Origin: Candidatus Poribacteria bacterium
Lineage (GTDB): Bacteria > Poribacteria > WGA-4E > WGA-3G
Assembly (NCBI GenBank): GCA_965198235.1
Contig: OZ240248.1
Location: 1,952,001-2,016,000 of the forward strand
DNA length: 64,000 nt
Reading direction: 5' to 3'
Part shown: positions 46,744-57,591 of the stretch, in pieces
Layout of the letters: each line of letters opens with the position of its first letter
How positions within the stretch are numbered: position 1 is the first letter of the stretch
Made by a program: the position numbers and the translations under genes
Notes under the pieces: model-generated
Seen by the model: only the letters and a program-made list of their open reading frames with translations
What the model was told of the DNA's origin: nothing
Databases searched by the model: none

Positions 46744-47277
46744 TTAACGACCTACCACTTCGGACCGCCGTCTAAAACCTTGAAAATCGGCACAATCGAT
46801 GGCTTGATAGAAGTCATCCGCCTCGCCCGTCGACAGCAAATCAAGTCTCGTCGTTGGCACAAGACCTTGGCAGACATCAATAAGTAGCCTACCCAATCCA
46901 AGCCGCCGGAATTCGCGGCTGACCAAGAGCTCGCACAAGTAGGTCGTAATCTGCGTGTCCGTGATTGCCCTTAGAAAACCCGCCAATTTCCCATCAATAT
47001 CCACAGCAACAAGAGTGGGCCATGAATTTTCCCAAGCGACCAACGTCTCCTTGGGCCTCAATTCAGGAGTTGTCCACCCTTCGGCATCCGAAAGGGCACG
47101 CATAACGTCAAAATAACTCGGCGACCAAGCTCGAATCGAAAAAGACGCAGGAATATCAAAACGAGCCAAGACCGTGTCGAGATCGGGCCTGCTACCCGGC
47201 GCATCGTGTTCCAAGTGACAGCAGGCTTCATAACGCTTCCCCGACGGATCGTCGATATGATTGAACGGATTTGGCAT
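46744..47277 (-). CDS. GNAT acetyltransferase
   Basis: GFLRAITD..T.YLCELLV..EFRRLGLGR.L, FYQ. Confidence 0.85.
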   Translation of the reverse strand: MPNPFNHIDDPSGKRYEACCHLEHDAPGSRPDLDTVLARFDIPASFSIRAWSPSYFDVMRALSDAEGWTTPELRPKETLVAWENSWPTLVAVDIDGKLAGFLRAITDTQITTYLCELLVSREFRRLGLGRLLIDVCQGLVPTTRLDLLSTGEADDFYQAIDCADFQGFRRRSEVVGR

Positions 47278-47340
47278 CTCGACTCCTTTGGCATTTTTGA
47301 GACACCGCTCTGCTCTATGCAGAAGTTGCGCTGTAGGTAT

Positions 47341-48234
47341 TCACTGGTGTTCAAGCTTGCGATAGGCTTTCAACAACGCCTCTTGAACGTTTAAAAATTC
47401 AAGGTATCCCGGCGGTAGTGGATATTTTGCAACGTCAAACGGCTCAAATGGATTGTCAATTTTCTGCCTTGCAAAGGCATAAAGTGCTTTCTGTTCCCAT
47501 GTCGCCTCAGCTACCTGTCCAAACGGGGTGCCACAATCGTTTCGCCACAACTGAGGTTCAACCGCATCAACCATTGCCTGAATTGGTGAAACTCGCTTTC
47601 CAAACTTTGCGTTCAGAAAGCCAGCCAACCTCTCGGCTTGCGCGCGTGGCTGACGCATAATATCTTCGTAGCCGAGGAAAAGTCGGTGTTGTGCATCTTC
47701 TGTGTGTTGTAGGATTAGCGTTATTATATGCTGCCAACGCAGCAAATTCGTCGCGACAAAGGAGATATGGGCTTTCATATTGGATGGCATAATAAATTTC
47801 TGCCACGATACTGCTGCGTCAAAAGGATTGCGAACTGTGATTATGTAAATCGCATTGCCCCATATCTGTTTCCAAAACGGCAAAAAATGGCTGAGTGCTG
47901 GATCTTTCCAGAACCAGGGACCTCCTTTATGCATTTCAGCCATCAGTTCAACGGCTTTCTTTTTCGACGCAGGGTCAGCGGCTTTTTTCGCAATTCGCTG
48001 TTGGAAGTCGCTATCCCACCAAGTCGCTCCAGCATCAAAATCCCCTAATTCAGCAAGCAGGTCCCATAAGGGTAAAAACTCCCAATAACCCCTGGGAGCA
48101 TGTACATCGGCTTTATGCAACTTTTCGGGGGGACCCGCATAGGCACCCCACCTGTGCACCATCTCAGCAACGACAGATGTCCCACTACGTTCAACACCGA
48201 GCACAATAATGGGGAGACTTTTGGAGTTGATCAT
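47341..48234 (-). CDS. Sulfotransferase family protein
   Basis: 5'-PSB loop VLGVERSGTS, WKDP, 3'-PB VRNP..AAVS, YED. Confidence 0.88.
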   Translation of the reverse strand: MINSKSLPIIVLGVERSGTSVVAEMVHRWGAYAGPPEKLHKADVHAPRGYWEFLPLWDLLAELGDFDAGATWWDSDFQQRIAKKAADPASKKKAVELMAEMHKGGPWFWKDPALSHFLPFWKQIWGNAIYIITVRNPFDAAVSWQKFIMPSNMKAHISFVATNLLRWQHIITLILQHTEDAQHRLFLGYEDIMRQPRAQAERLAGFLNAKFGKRVSPIQAMVDAVEPQLWRNDCGTPFGQVAEATWEQKALYAFARQKIDNPFEPFDVAKYPLPPGYLEFLNVQEALLKAYRKLEHQ

Positions 48235-48277
48235 TCAAATGTTCCCAAGTCTTTAGCCAATGATACCGCTCTTTCTC

Positions 48278-48303
48278 GCTGGCGGGGTTTGGAACCCTGC
48301 CTA
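48278..48303 (-). repeat. Degenerate GTAG REP related to 31115-31141
   Basis: Minus strand TAGGCAGGGTTCCAAACCCCGCCAGC. Confidence 0.5.
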
Positions 48304-48510
48304 TTTACATGAGTTGTGCGATTTTTCTTGCGCGAAACCATTTTTTACTGTATGATAAGGGTTTATGAAGATACTGTTTATCTTTTGGAATTGTGCTTGT
48401 TGAAAGTATAGCATCTTTCACTGTTTTTCTCTATCAAAAACTGTGTCTCTACTTTCCGCTACTGAAGGGGTGGAATGCAGCACAATGAACGGTACATAAG
48501 GAGATAAGAG

Positions 48511-49269
48511 GTGGAATACAGAGTAAGCATTATTATAATTTTAGCCGTTGCCGTGAGTCTTTGGTCTACAGGCGCGTTCGCAGTGGATCTGACGGAAGGA
48601 CTCGTCGGCTATTGGCCCCTTGATGGTAATGGTAACGACGAATCCGGCAACGGAAATGATGCCAAATTGGAAAAAGGCGCGAAATGGTCCGACAACGGTT
48701 GGGTGAACGGTGCCGTTGAATTCGACGGTGGTGGCGGACACGTCGTTGTTGATAATACGTTTGAATTGACAACGACCGCAATCACAGTGATCGCCCGAAT
48801 CAACGGCTGGAAAACGATAGATTGGTCGGGAATTGTCGTCGGTCGAAGTGATCCAGCATCGTGGTGGATGGGTATCGCCGCGAACAACACCCTGACGTAT
48901 GTATGGAACAACAACTCCGCACTGACGTGGAACTGGCAAGGCGCGCCAGAGATCCCAGAAAATAAATGGGCACTCGTGGCTATAGCGATTGAACCTGATA
49001 AAGCAACGAGTTACATTTATCACAGAGCGACTGATAAACTTGATGCTGAGGTAAACGACATTCCCCATATCGAACAGACGGTCGTCAACTTAAAGTTCGG
49101 ATGGGATGAATGCTGTGGTGCCAGATACTTCAAAGGGTTGATCGATGAAGTGATGATCTACGATAGGACACTGAGTGCCGACGACATCAAAAGGCTTGCA
49201 ACTGTCGGACTACCTGTCGAAAGTAAAGGGAAACTGGCGATCACCTGGGCAGCACTCAAGAAAGATTAA
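48511..49269 (+). CDS. Secreted LamG/concanavalin-A-like protein with C-terminal ITWAALK motif
   Basis: Signal peptide; LVGYWPLDG, DESGNGND, FKGLIDEVMIYDRTL. Confidence 0.9.
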   Translation: MEYRVSIIIILAVAVSLWSTGAFAVDLTEGLVGYWPLDGNGNDESGNGNDAKLEKGAKWSDNGWVNGAVEFDGGGGHVVVDNTFELTTTAITVIARINGWKTIDWSGIVVGRSDPASWWMGIAANNTLTYVWNNNSALTWNWQGAPEIPENKWALVAIAIEPDKATSYIYHRATDKLDAEVNDIPHIEQTVVNLKFGWDECCGARYFKGLIDEVMIYDRTLSADDIKRLATVGLPVESKGKLAITWAALKKD

Positions 49270-49389
49270 GCGTAATGTTGGAAACCGAACTGCCCTGTGT
49301 GGTTCAACACCTCTAAAATTTCCAATGGTTTTCGGTCAATTAATATACCATTCCTAACCTAAAGCAGGTTTCTTAACAGTCGGAAATCT

Positions 49390-49437
49390 GCAAGGACAAC
49401 GGACGCAGCAGCTCAGAAGCACATAGTTTAAAAATTG
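49390..49437 (+). repeat. Copy of the GCAAGGACAACGGACGCAGC repeat directly upstream of the ABC operon start
   Basis: 20-bp identity and about 50-bp similarity with 32393-32440. Confidence 0.6.
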
Positions 49438-51177
49438 GAAAAAGTACCTTTCAGGCAATATGCCGCACTCCTTTCACAGTACCTGAAACCGCAGTGGATG
49501 CGTGTGACACTGCTCGCTGTATTCATGTTTGGTGGAATCGGTCTCAGGCTACTCAACCCACAGATTCTGCGCTACTTCATTGACACAGCAAAAGCCGGAG
49601 GCGAAACGCGAAACCTGTTCATCGCTGGCGGTGCGTTTTTCACAATCGGATTCCTTGGACAGGTGCTAATGTTAGTCAACACCTATTTAGGGCAGGACAT
49701 TGGTTGGCGGGCAACAAACTGGATGCGCGGTGACCTGGCGCACCACTGTCTACAACTCGACATGTCTTTCCACCATGAACACACGCCCGGCGAGATGGTC
49801 GAGCGCGTTGACGGCGATACTGCCGCACTCTCAAACTTTTTTTCTGAGTTCATAGTTCAGGTAGCAGGTAGTTTGTTGCTGCTCGGCGGTGTCCTGATTG
49901 TGATTACCCTCGAAGACTGGCGTATCGGTATTGTGTTGACTGGTTTCGTGGCAATTTCCATCCTCGTTTACAATCTTACCCGGAACATTGCCGTTCCGCT
50001 CTACACGGCTGAGCGAGAAGGCTATTCCAGACTGTTCGGGTTTCTCGAAGAACGGTTAACAGGTATTGAAGACCTCCGCACAAACGGCGGCATCGGCTAT
50101 ACCATGGATCGGTTCTACGATGTTAATCGGGATGTATATGGTCGGGCTGTAAAAGCACATGTGATGGGAGAAGTACTCCAAACAATAAGCGGTGTGCTTT
50201 TCGCATTGGGGGTTGCACTGACGATGGGGATGGGTATTTACCTGTTTCAGATAGAGGCGTTTACGATCGGGACCGTCTACCTCGTCATTCATTACACGAT
50301 GATGCTTCGAGGTCCGTTGATCATGATTAGCCGTCAGATTAACGAACTCCAGCGGGCAACCGCGGGGTTCAAACGGATTGAAGAACTCTATCGCATCACC
50401 TCAAGCATTGCGGATGGAACAGAAGCACTTCCGGCATCAGGCGCGCTCGGCATTGAATTTGACAGGGTCACATTCGGATACACCGAAGATGAATCTGTGC
50501 TGAAGGATGTTTCGTTCCAACTGACCCCAGGGAAATCGCTTGGGTTGTTAGGACGGTCAGGTAGCGGTAAGACAACGATCACCCGTCTCCTATTTCGGTT
50601 ATACGAGATTAACAGCGGACAGATTCGCGTCGGTGGTAAGCCAATTGAGAGGATTCGGTTGGACGATTTACGGAACCGGATCGGTATGGTTACACAGGAT
50701 GTACAACTCTTCAATGCAACGGTGCGTGAGAATTTAACGCTCTTTGATACCGAAATCACCGACAATCGGATTCTGTCTATTATTGAAGATCTGGGGTTAT
50801 CTGGGTGGTATCAATCCCTACCGAATGGGCTTGATACATTGCTTGAAGGTACAGGGCTTTCTGCAGGTGAAAGGCAGCTGCTGGCATTTGCGAGGGTTTT
50901 CCTCAAAGATCCAAGAGTTGTTATCCTCGATGAGCCGTCTTCAAGACTTGACCCGGCGACGGAACAACGGATTGACAGCGCCGTGCAACGATTACTGAAA
51001 GGACGCACCAGTATCATCATTGCGCATCGACTTGGAACAGTTCAACAGGTAGACGAAATTATGGTCCTTGCCGACGGTGAGATTCGGGAGCATGGTGAGC
51101 GAAATCGGCTTGTTCAAGACCCTGATTCGGTCTTCTCACAATTGCTGAAAACAGGACTGGAGGAAACGGCGCAATGA
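49435..51177 (+). CDS. ABC exporter fused TMD-NBD subunit A
   Basis: 6 TM domain; [23 protein letters not shown]. Confidence 0.93.
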   Translation: MEKVPFRQYAALLSQYLKPQWMRVTLLAVFMFGGIGLRLLNPQILRYFIDTAKAGGETRNLFIAGGAFFTIGFLGQVLMLVNTYLGQDIGWRATNWMRGDLAHHCLQLDMSFHHEHTPGEMVERVDGDTAALSNFFSEFIVQVAGSLLLLGGVLIVITLEDWRIGIVLTGFVAISILVYNLTRNIAVPLYTAEREGYSRLFGFLEERLTGIEDLRTNGGIGYTMDRFYDVNRDVYGRAVKAHVMGEVLQTISGVLFALGVALTMGMGIYLFQIEAFTIGTVYLVIHYTMMLRGPLIMISRQINELQRATAGFKRIEELYRITSSIADGTEALPASGALGIEFDRVTFGYTEDESVLKDVSFQLTPGKSLGLLGRSGSGKTTITRLLFRLYEINSGQIRVGGKPIERIRLDDLRNRIGMVTQDVQLFNATVRENLTLFDTEITDNRILSIIEDLGLSGWYQSLPNGLDTLLEGTGLSAGERQLLAFARVFLKDPRVVILDEPSSRLDPATEQRIDSAVQRLLKGRTSIIIAHRLGTVQQVDEIMVLADGEIREHGERNRLVQDPDSVFSQLLKTGLEETAQ

Positions 51178-52934
51178 CAACAGGACAAGCCTCAATTCGC
51201 CTTATCCGTTACCGTCCATTCCTCTTTCTCGGCACTATTCTCTTCCGAGGATTAGACGACCTAATGCCGTTCTTCGACGGACTTATTAGGAAGGCATTTT
51301 TTGATGCACTTGAGTCCTCCACTGACGGATCGGGTGCAGGACTCAATCCTTGGACATTCGTTGCCCTCTTTGTGGTCGCCCACCTTGCTGATCGAGGCGT
51401 ACTCATATCGTCAGCAGTCGTGTGGGCGCGCTGGCGTTACGCCATTTCAACGCTCCTCCGAAAGAACTTGATGACAGCCATCATGAACATGTCAGCACCA
51501 CATAGCGTGTCAACTGCCTCTGGCGAAGTGACAAACCGGCTCCGAGACGATGTTCAAGCGATTTTGAGTTATCTGGAGCAGTACATTCACTTATGGGGCA
51601 ATCTCATCTTCGCGATCTTGGCAGTCACCTGGATGGCTCAGATTGACGTGGCAGTGACAGTGATCGCGGTTATCCCGTCTATCCTGATTATCACGGTTGT
51701 CAATGTGTTAAGGCGATTCATCCAGAGGTATCGTACAGCGCAGCGTATCACCACGGAACAGTCGACTAACTTTATCAACGAACTGTTCCAATCCATCTTA
51801 GCAGTGAAGGTCGCACGAACGGAACTGAGTGTGGTTGCCCATTTTCAGAAGCTGAACGATGCGCGTCGCAAGGCGACTGTGGTGGATAACTTGTTCAATC
51901 AAGTGCTACAGTCCATCAGTTTCAATATCAATACCCTCGCCACTGGCGTGATTCTGATTTTGATTGCCGAACAGATGAAGGCAGGAGTATTCTCAGTTGG
52001 AGACTTTGCGCTCTTCACAACGTATGTCGGTGAAGTTGCCAGAAGTGGATCGCTCATCGGCAGTATAATGGCACAACACAAGCGAGCAGAGGTTTCGTAT
52101 TCCCGCATGGAACAGACTGTTGATGAGATGCCGGGGGAAGACTTAGTGGAACACACACCGGTATATCTGCGAGAGGTTCAACCGCCGCTCATTATCCCAC
52201 AACGGACAGAAACAGATCGGTTGGAAGAACTTACTGTTACAGGACTTACTTATCTCTACGATGGGGATGCAGCTGGAATCGCTGATGTTGATTTGAGAAT
52301 TCCGTCGGGATCGTTCACCGTTGTTACGGGACAGATCGGTTCAGGCAAAACGACGCTGATCCAAACGCTCTTGGGAGTCCTACCGAAACAGGCAGGCGAG
52401 ATTCGCTGGGATGGCAGAATCGTCGAGGATCCGAAATCGTTCTTCGTGCCGCCGCGTTGCGCGTATACACCGCAAACACCGAAACTCTTCAGCGAAAAAC
52501 TGAGTGCTAACATTCTCATGGGCTTGCCATGGGATTGGGATACCCTAAATCGGGCGATTCGACTCGGTGTCATGGAGCAGGATCTACCGACGCTTGAAGA
52601 TGGTCTCGAAACCGTCGTTGGACCGCGTGGAGTCAAATTGTCGGGTGGGCAAATGCAACGCACTGCGGCGGCGCGGATGTTTGTCCGAGACTCGGATTTG
52701 CTCGTTTTTGACGATCTTTCGTCCGGGCTTGATGTTGAGACAGAACAGACCCTATGGGAGCGCCTTTTTGAGACGACGCGGGCGACCTGCCTCGTCGTTT
52801 CCCACCGGAGACCCGCGCTCCGTCGGGCAGACCAGATTGTTGTGCTAAAAGACGGCCGCGTTGAAGCTGTCGGAACGTTGGATAAACTGCTCGCCTCTTC
52901 CAAAGAGATGCAGCGGTTGTGGGCAAGCGATTGA
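51174..52934 (+). CDS. ABC exporter fused TMD-NBD subunit B
   Basis: TM domain; [23 protein letters not shown]; ATGA overlap with subunit A. Confidence 0.93.
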   Translation: MTTGQASIRLIRYRPFLFLGTILFRGLDDLMPFFDGLIRKAFFDALESSTDGSGAGLNPWTFVALFVVAHLADRGVLISSAVVWARWRYAISTLLRKNLMTAIMNMSAPHSVSTASGEVTNRLRDDVQAILSYLEQYIHLWGNLIFAILAVTWMAQIDVAVTVIAVIPSILIITVVNVLRRFIQRYRTAQRITTEQSTNFINELFQSILAVKVARTELSVVAHFQKLNDARRKATVVDNLFNQVLQSISFNINTLATGVILILIAEQMKAGVFSVGDFALFTTYVGEVARSGSLIGSIMAQHKRAEVSYSRMEQTVDEMPGEDLVEHTPVYLREVQPPLIIPQRTETDRLEELTVTGLTYLYDGDAAGIADVDLRIPSGSFTVVTGQIGSGKTTLIQTLLGVLPKQAGEIRWDGRIVEDPKSFFVPPRCAYTPQTPKLFSEKLSANILMGLPWDWDTLNRAIRLGVMEQDLPTLEDGLETVVGPRGVKLSGGQMQRTAAARMFVRDSDLLVFDDLSSGLDVETEQTLWERLFETTRATCLVVSHRRPALRRADQIVVLKDGRVEAVGTLDKLLASSKEMQRLWASD

Positions 52935-53002
52935 AGTTACGTCGAATTTGACTTAAAAAAAGCGGCTTTTCATGAGGCACTCCTTATATTTTTTATACGC
53001 CA

Positions 53003-53072
53003 GAATAGCAGTCAGCCATCAGTAACCCGTCGACGACGGTAACTGATGGAAACCGATAGCCGAAAGCCGATA
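53003..53072. repeat. Hairpin flanked by short heptamer-like repeats (CAGTCAG/CCATCAG; CCGATAG/CCGAAAG)
   Basis: CCATCAGT...ACTGATGG stem; first 20 bp identical to 8691-8710. Confidence 0.6.
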
Positions 53073-53119
53073 ATCAATTCACTTAAGGTAGGTTTGAAAG
53101 CGTAGAAGGAAGGAGTAAT

Positions 53120-54676
53120 ATGCGAAAACTTAAAGTCGGTATTATTGACCTCGTTACCAATAGTTCCAAGCGAAACTTGTGGCAATGGGCAGTAAATGCT
53201 AATTTTGCAAGCATTATGCCTCAAGCTGTTGCAGCATGGTGCGAAGAAGATGGATATGCTGTCACATACGTGTGTTATACGGGTGTTGAAGCTTTAGAGG
53301 AAGAATTACCTGATGATGTTGACATTGTTTTCATAAGTGCCTTTTCGTTGGCCGCCCAATTGGCGTACGCACTGAGCAACCTCTTCCGATCTAAAGGGGC
53401 TGTCACCGTGCTGGGGGGGCCTCATGCGCGTTGCTATCCGCAGGATGCCCAGAAGTATTTCGATTACGTTCTGGGTTTCATTGACCGAACAATCATCCGA
53501 GATCTCTTGCAAGACGGATCCGCGCATCGTCCGATTGGCGTTCATCTTTCAGCCCAAGGACAACCCTTAACGCTGCCCGGTGTGCGTGAGCGTTGGAAGT
53601 TCATACAATTAACCCTCCGCAAAGCACCATGGCTGAAGAGTGTTCCGATGCTCGGGAGTATGGGGTGTCCGTATACTTGTAGCTTTTGCATTGATTCAGT
53701 CGTTCCTTACCAGCCTCTGGAGTTCGAGGAGATCAAGGCAGACCTACGTTTCCTCATAGGGAAATTTAAGAGACCGCTTGTCGCTTGGCATGATCCAAAC
53801 TTCGGTATCCGATTTGATGACTACATGTCTGCGATTGAAGAGGCTGCTCCCCCAGGAAGCATCAACTTCATCGCCGAAAGTAGTCTGTCTGTTCTCTCGG
53901 AACCGCACATGAAGCGGCTCAAGCGAAATGGATTTAAGGGGATATTGCCTGGCATCGAGTCCTGGTCAGATTTCGGTAATAAATCGAAAACAGGGAAGGA
54001 CCACGGATTCAATAAGGTCCGACAGGTTTCCGATCAGGTTAATATGATGCTGAGATACGTTCCCTACGTCCAAACAAACTTTGTGTTCGGACTTGATATT
54101 GATGAGGGCCCAGAACCCTTTGACCTCACAAAGTTATTCGTAGAGATGACCCCCGGGGCCTATCCCATCTATTCATTACTCACGGCGTATGGACAAGCGG
54201 CCCCTCTCAACCTTGAATACCAGCGCGACGGACGCGTCCTCCCTTTTCCATTCCATTTCCTGAACAACGTTCATGCGATGAATGTGAAACCGAAAAATTA
54301 CAGATGGGATGAGTTCTATGATGGTGTCATTGATATGATCGACCACACCTTTTCATCGAGAGCGATTTTTAGACGGTATAAGGCGGTTGATAGTTTCATT
54401 CCGCGATGGCTGAACGTCATTCGTGCCATGGCGGGACATGAACGAACCCGGTTGTACTATAACGTGCGCCGGCAACTTGATGCCGACAAACAATTTCTTG
54501 CCTTCTTTGATGGCGAAACAGGAGAACTCCCACAATTCTATATGGATTGGATGCGTAGGGATTTGGGCGCGTTATGGGAATGGCTCCCGGAGGGGGCATT
54601 GTATCATGACCCGAACGCCTATCTCAAGGTCGAGAATCAATCGCTCACACGGTTGGACAACTCGTCTCTTCATTAG
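53120..54676 (+). CDS. B12-binding-domain radical SAM protein
   Basis: N-terminal Rossmann DIVFIS...VLGGPH; GCPYTCSFC (CxxxCxxC); GIES, FVFGLD. Confidence 0.88.
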   Translation: MRKLKVGIIDLVTNSSKRNLWQWAVNANFASIMPQAVAAWCEEDGYAVTYVCYTGVEALEEELPDDVDIVFISAFSLAAQLAYALSNLFRSKGAVTVLGGPHARCYPQDAQKYFDYVLGFIDRTIIRDLLQDGSAHRPIGVHLSAQGQPLTLPGVRERWKFIQLTLRKAPWLKSVPMLGSMGCPYTCSFCIDSVVPYQPLEFEEIKADLRFLIGKFKRPLVAWHDPNFGIRFDDYMSAIEEAAPPGSINFIAESSLSVLSEPHMKRLKRNGFKGILPGIESWSDFGNKSKTGKDHGFNKVRQVSDQVNMMLRYVPYVQTNFVFGLDIDEGPEPFDLTKLFVEMTPGAYPIYSLLTAYGQAAPLNLEYQRDGRVLPFPFHFLNNVHAMNVKPKNYRWDEFYDGVIDMIDHTFSSRAIFRRYKAVDSFIPRWLNVIRAMAGHERTRLYYNVRRQLDADKQFLAFFDGETGELPQFYMDWMRRDLGALWEWLPEGALYHDPNAYLKVENQSLTRLDNSSLH

Positions 54677-54765
54677 TTTGTGGTTGTTAACCATCTGGTA
54701 TTGGGGTTTGATCCGCCCAAACACACGCTACCAGAAGAATCTACCGACGAATCGAGGAAAATGAC

Positions 54766-56307
54766 GTGAATTCAAACACCGTTCACACACTTGACACCAG
54801 CACAGAACTGTTCATTGATGATACGTTGGTCGCTTCTAAACATAACGTAACGCGCACACTGCATCAATGCGTAAAGCATGACGTTTCTGTACTTAAACCT
54901 GACCCCAACAATCCGTGGGAACACGGAGGTCCTGATCAATCCAGACGCGTTCACCTCTACGGCACCACAATGTACGATGCCGCGTACGGAAAATATCGCA
55001 TGTGGTATATGTGCCGCATGGGACCCCACTGGCGGTTTAAAGCGAACGAGATTCCGGGGCTTTACGTCCCACGTCCGGACCGAAATCCATCGACATTCAA
55101 GGGACAGACACACGATGCGTACGGACGGAAATTCGTCGAAAACGACCGGGGTGATCTTACCTGTTACGCAGAAAGTGACGATGGATTGACGTGGACGAAA
55201 CCGAACCTTGGTATCTTTGAATGCAACGGAAATCCAGACAACAACATCGTGTGGGATATACACGGCGCGTGTGTATTCCGTGATGACGAGGAGTCGGATC
55301 CCCAGAAACGGTATAAGATGATCGGTTTTTGCAGACGGTATCGCAACATCTTTCTGCTCACGTCACCCGATGGTATCCGATGGGACGATTCAGACTACTT
55401 GGAACCGGTTGCAGATCGGGACAACGAAGGTGCGTTCAATGTAATTTACGATAATAAAACTGACCTGTTTCGAGCTTACGCGCTGATACGCGGAAATGAC
55501 AAAGACGCACGACGTATGATTGCATATACCGAAAGCCCCCGTTTAGAGGGACCGTGGAAACCTCTCGAACCGATGTTCGGTGCAACTGCTGAGGACGATG
55601 AAATCGGTGTACAGAGGTATGGCGCGGATCGTGCTGAGATTCACAACATGTCAGGCTTCCTTTATCATAACATTTACATCGGTCTTGCTGGGGTGTTGTA
55701 TGTGACGGGACCGGGTGCAGCGGAACATGAGATTCCTATTGACGGACCGATTGACGCGCAACTCGTTAGTAGTCGAGACGGGTTTAATTGGGACTATCCG
55801 GATTCGATTCGGACACCAATCATTCCACGCGGCGACAGCGGCACATTCGATACCGGTATGATTATGGGAACAGCTATAGAACCGATTATCACCGAGGATG
55901 AAATTCACTGGTACTATACTGGAACCGTCCACACCCACGGTGCCCAGATGAAGGACAGGCACAAGGAAATTGGGCTTGCGAAGTGGCGATTAGATGGTTT
56001 TGTCTCTCTTGATGCTGATGCGGACGGTGGTGTCACTGAAACCGTTCCGTTGCAGATTCCGGACGGCGGGCTTGAAATTAACGCAGATGCAAGCGGTGGT
56101 CGGATTGGTGTTGAAGTGCTGACAGCCGATGGACAGGTTCAACCCGGATTTTCGATTGACGATTGTGTTCCGTTGACTGAGGATAGCATACGGCACTCGG
56201 TGCAGTGGAAGTCGGCAACGTTAGCGAGTGTAGAGCAACCCTTACGGCTCCGGTTTGTCCTGAATCACGCGAAACTTTACGCTTTCCGAGTAGGGGCAAG
56301 CTCCTGA
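54766..56307 (+). CDS. Five-bladed beta-propeller glycoside-hydrolase-like protein with C-terminal beta-sandwich
   Basis: ELFIDD, YAESDDGLTWTKPNLG, SPDGIRW, SRDGFNW, YYTG, RLDGFVSL. Confidence 0.7.
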   Translation: MNSNTVHTLDTSTELFIDDTLVASKHNVTRTLHQCVKHDVSVLKPDPNNPWEHGGPDQSRRVHLYGTTMYDAAYGKYRMWYMCRMGPHWRFKANEIPGLYVPRPDRNPSTFKGQTHDAYGRKFVENDRGDLTCYAESDDGLTWTKPNLGIFECNGNPDNNIVWDIHGACVFRDDEESDPQKRYKMIGFCRRYRNIFLLTSPDGIRWDDSDYLEPVADRDNEGAFNVIYDNKTDLFRAYALIRGNDKDARRMIAYTESPRLEGPWKPLEPMFGATAEDDEIGVQRYGADRAEIHNMSGFLYHNIYIGLAGVLYVTGPGAAEHEIPIDGPIDAQLVSSRDGFNWDYPDSIRTPIIPRGDSGTFDTGMIMGTAIEPIITEDEIHWYYTGTVHTHGAQMKDRHKEIGLAKWRLDGFVSLDADADGGVTETVPLQIPDGGLEINADASGGRIGVEVLTADGQVQPGFSIDDCVPLTEDSIRHSVQWKSATLASVEQPLRLRFVLNHAKLYAFRVGASS

Positions 56308-56342
56308 TCGCGGCATTTGTGCCAAAATGTTATCTTCTGTCA

Positions 56343-57186
56343 TCACTGTCCGACATTCGGGTCTAATTCCTTAGCCTTTTGAAAATCCGCCTTCGCCGTT
56401 TCCTTTTGTCCTAATGCTTCTTTCGCAAGCCCACGCTCGTAGAAGTATTCTGCATCCTCTGGATCAAGTCGGATAGCGGCATCAAAGTCCTCTATCGCGC
56501 CTTCAGCGTTACCAAGGGCAGTTTTGGCAACACCCCGATTACCATAGGCGGCGGCATCTTCTGGGTTGAGTTGTATTGCATGCGTGCAATCTCGAACTGC
56601 TGCTATGTATAACGCCTCTGCACCCGCTATATTTCCCTGATCCGTCTTAGTTTTACCAAGGTGGAACTGTGCATAACCCCGATTGATATATGGATCCGGA
56701 ATCTCGGATGCTATGTAAAGTACCCTCCGAGACCGTATATTTTCCTTTCGGGTATCCGACAGCAGAAACTGCCTCACCACTCTGAACGGTATCGCTGTTA
56801 CCAAGTGGAAGCGGCGCACCCGCCCCCGTAACTTTTAGGATGGCAAGGTCATTTTTCATATCGAACGCAGTGGCACCCTCAACAGTCCAGCGTTTCTCGT
56901 GGTCAACCGATTGTACGAGAACGGGTTCGAGGTGTGCAACAACGTGAATGTTCGTTGCGACCTTGTTACGTGCCACGAAAAAACCGTTGCCTACTCCTCT
57001 AATTCTCGACATACTCACGACGCGAACGATAGAATTACGCACACCTTCAGGTTCTAAAGGTTCAGCAGGCACTAAGCTTTTTTCTTGAATCTCTTGGGGA
57101 GCCCGCGCGCAGGAGCACAAAATTATTAAAGCCAATAAGCCTAATAAAAATTTTCTGTCAGTTTTCATAAATGGATACCTTTTCAT
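56343..57186 (-). pseudogene. Lipoprotein trypsin-like protease-TPR gene with internal deletion and frameshift
   Basis: Frame 1: lipobox-like LCSC, GNGFFV, TNIHV, DLAILKV, GYP but no GxSGG serine motif; near 56700 a second frame gives TPRs (YINRG, AYGNRG..K..LG, AIRLDP). Confidence 0.75.
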
Positions 57187-57287
57187 CTTTAGTTGTAAAC
57201 TGATTCGCTTTTCTTGAAAAAATGTGAATTTTCCGAAAAATCCAAGGTTAAACGCTTAGAGGGAATTCTATAGAAATCGTAAAAGGC

Positions 57288-57317
57288 TTGACATTTACCC
57301 ACAAAATGTGCTACAAC
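57288..57317 (+). promoter_or_regulatory. Sigma70-type promoter with no long ORF directly downstream
   Basis: TTGACA-18 bp-(TG)TACAAC. Confidence 0.55.
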
Positions 57318-57353
57318 ACTTAACATATATAGATTCCAAATAGGATTATCAAA

Positions 57354-57514
57354 TGTTTTACCTGTCGCTTACCACAGGCTTTGGTCTCGGAATAGACCAA
57401 ACCCCTCTTAAATTACATGAGAATTGCCTTCGCGGATTCGTAGGCTTAGGTGTTATGCTAATCACTATTTCCATGTATCGCGCAGGGGTGGGCTTCTAAG
57501 TAGCAGGTAAAACG
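57354..57514 (+). ncRNA. Candidate structured non-coding RNA (about 160-nt multi-helix domain); family unknown
   Basis: Manual pairing: 17-bp closing stem GTTTTACCTGTCGCTTA/TAAGTAGCAGGTAAAAC, ACCCCT/AGGGGT, TACATG/CATGTA, plus hairpins TTGGTCT-CGGAAT-AGACCAA and GCCTTCG-CGGATT-CGTAGGC. Confidence 0.5.
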
Positions 57515-57534
57515 GGTTCTAAGTTACACAATAT

Positions 57535-57591
57535 AACGCCCATCACTGAACATCATGAAAGCGAGGTTTCGGTGAGGGTGTTTTCTTTTTT
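57535..57591 (+). terminator. Rho-independent terminator-like hairpin
   Basis: AACGCCC/GGGTGTT and TCACTGAA/TTCGGTGA stem followed by TTCTTTTTT. Confidence 0.6.
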
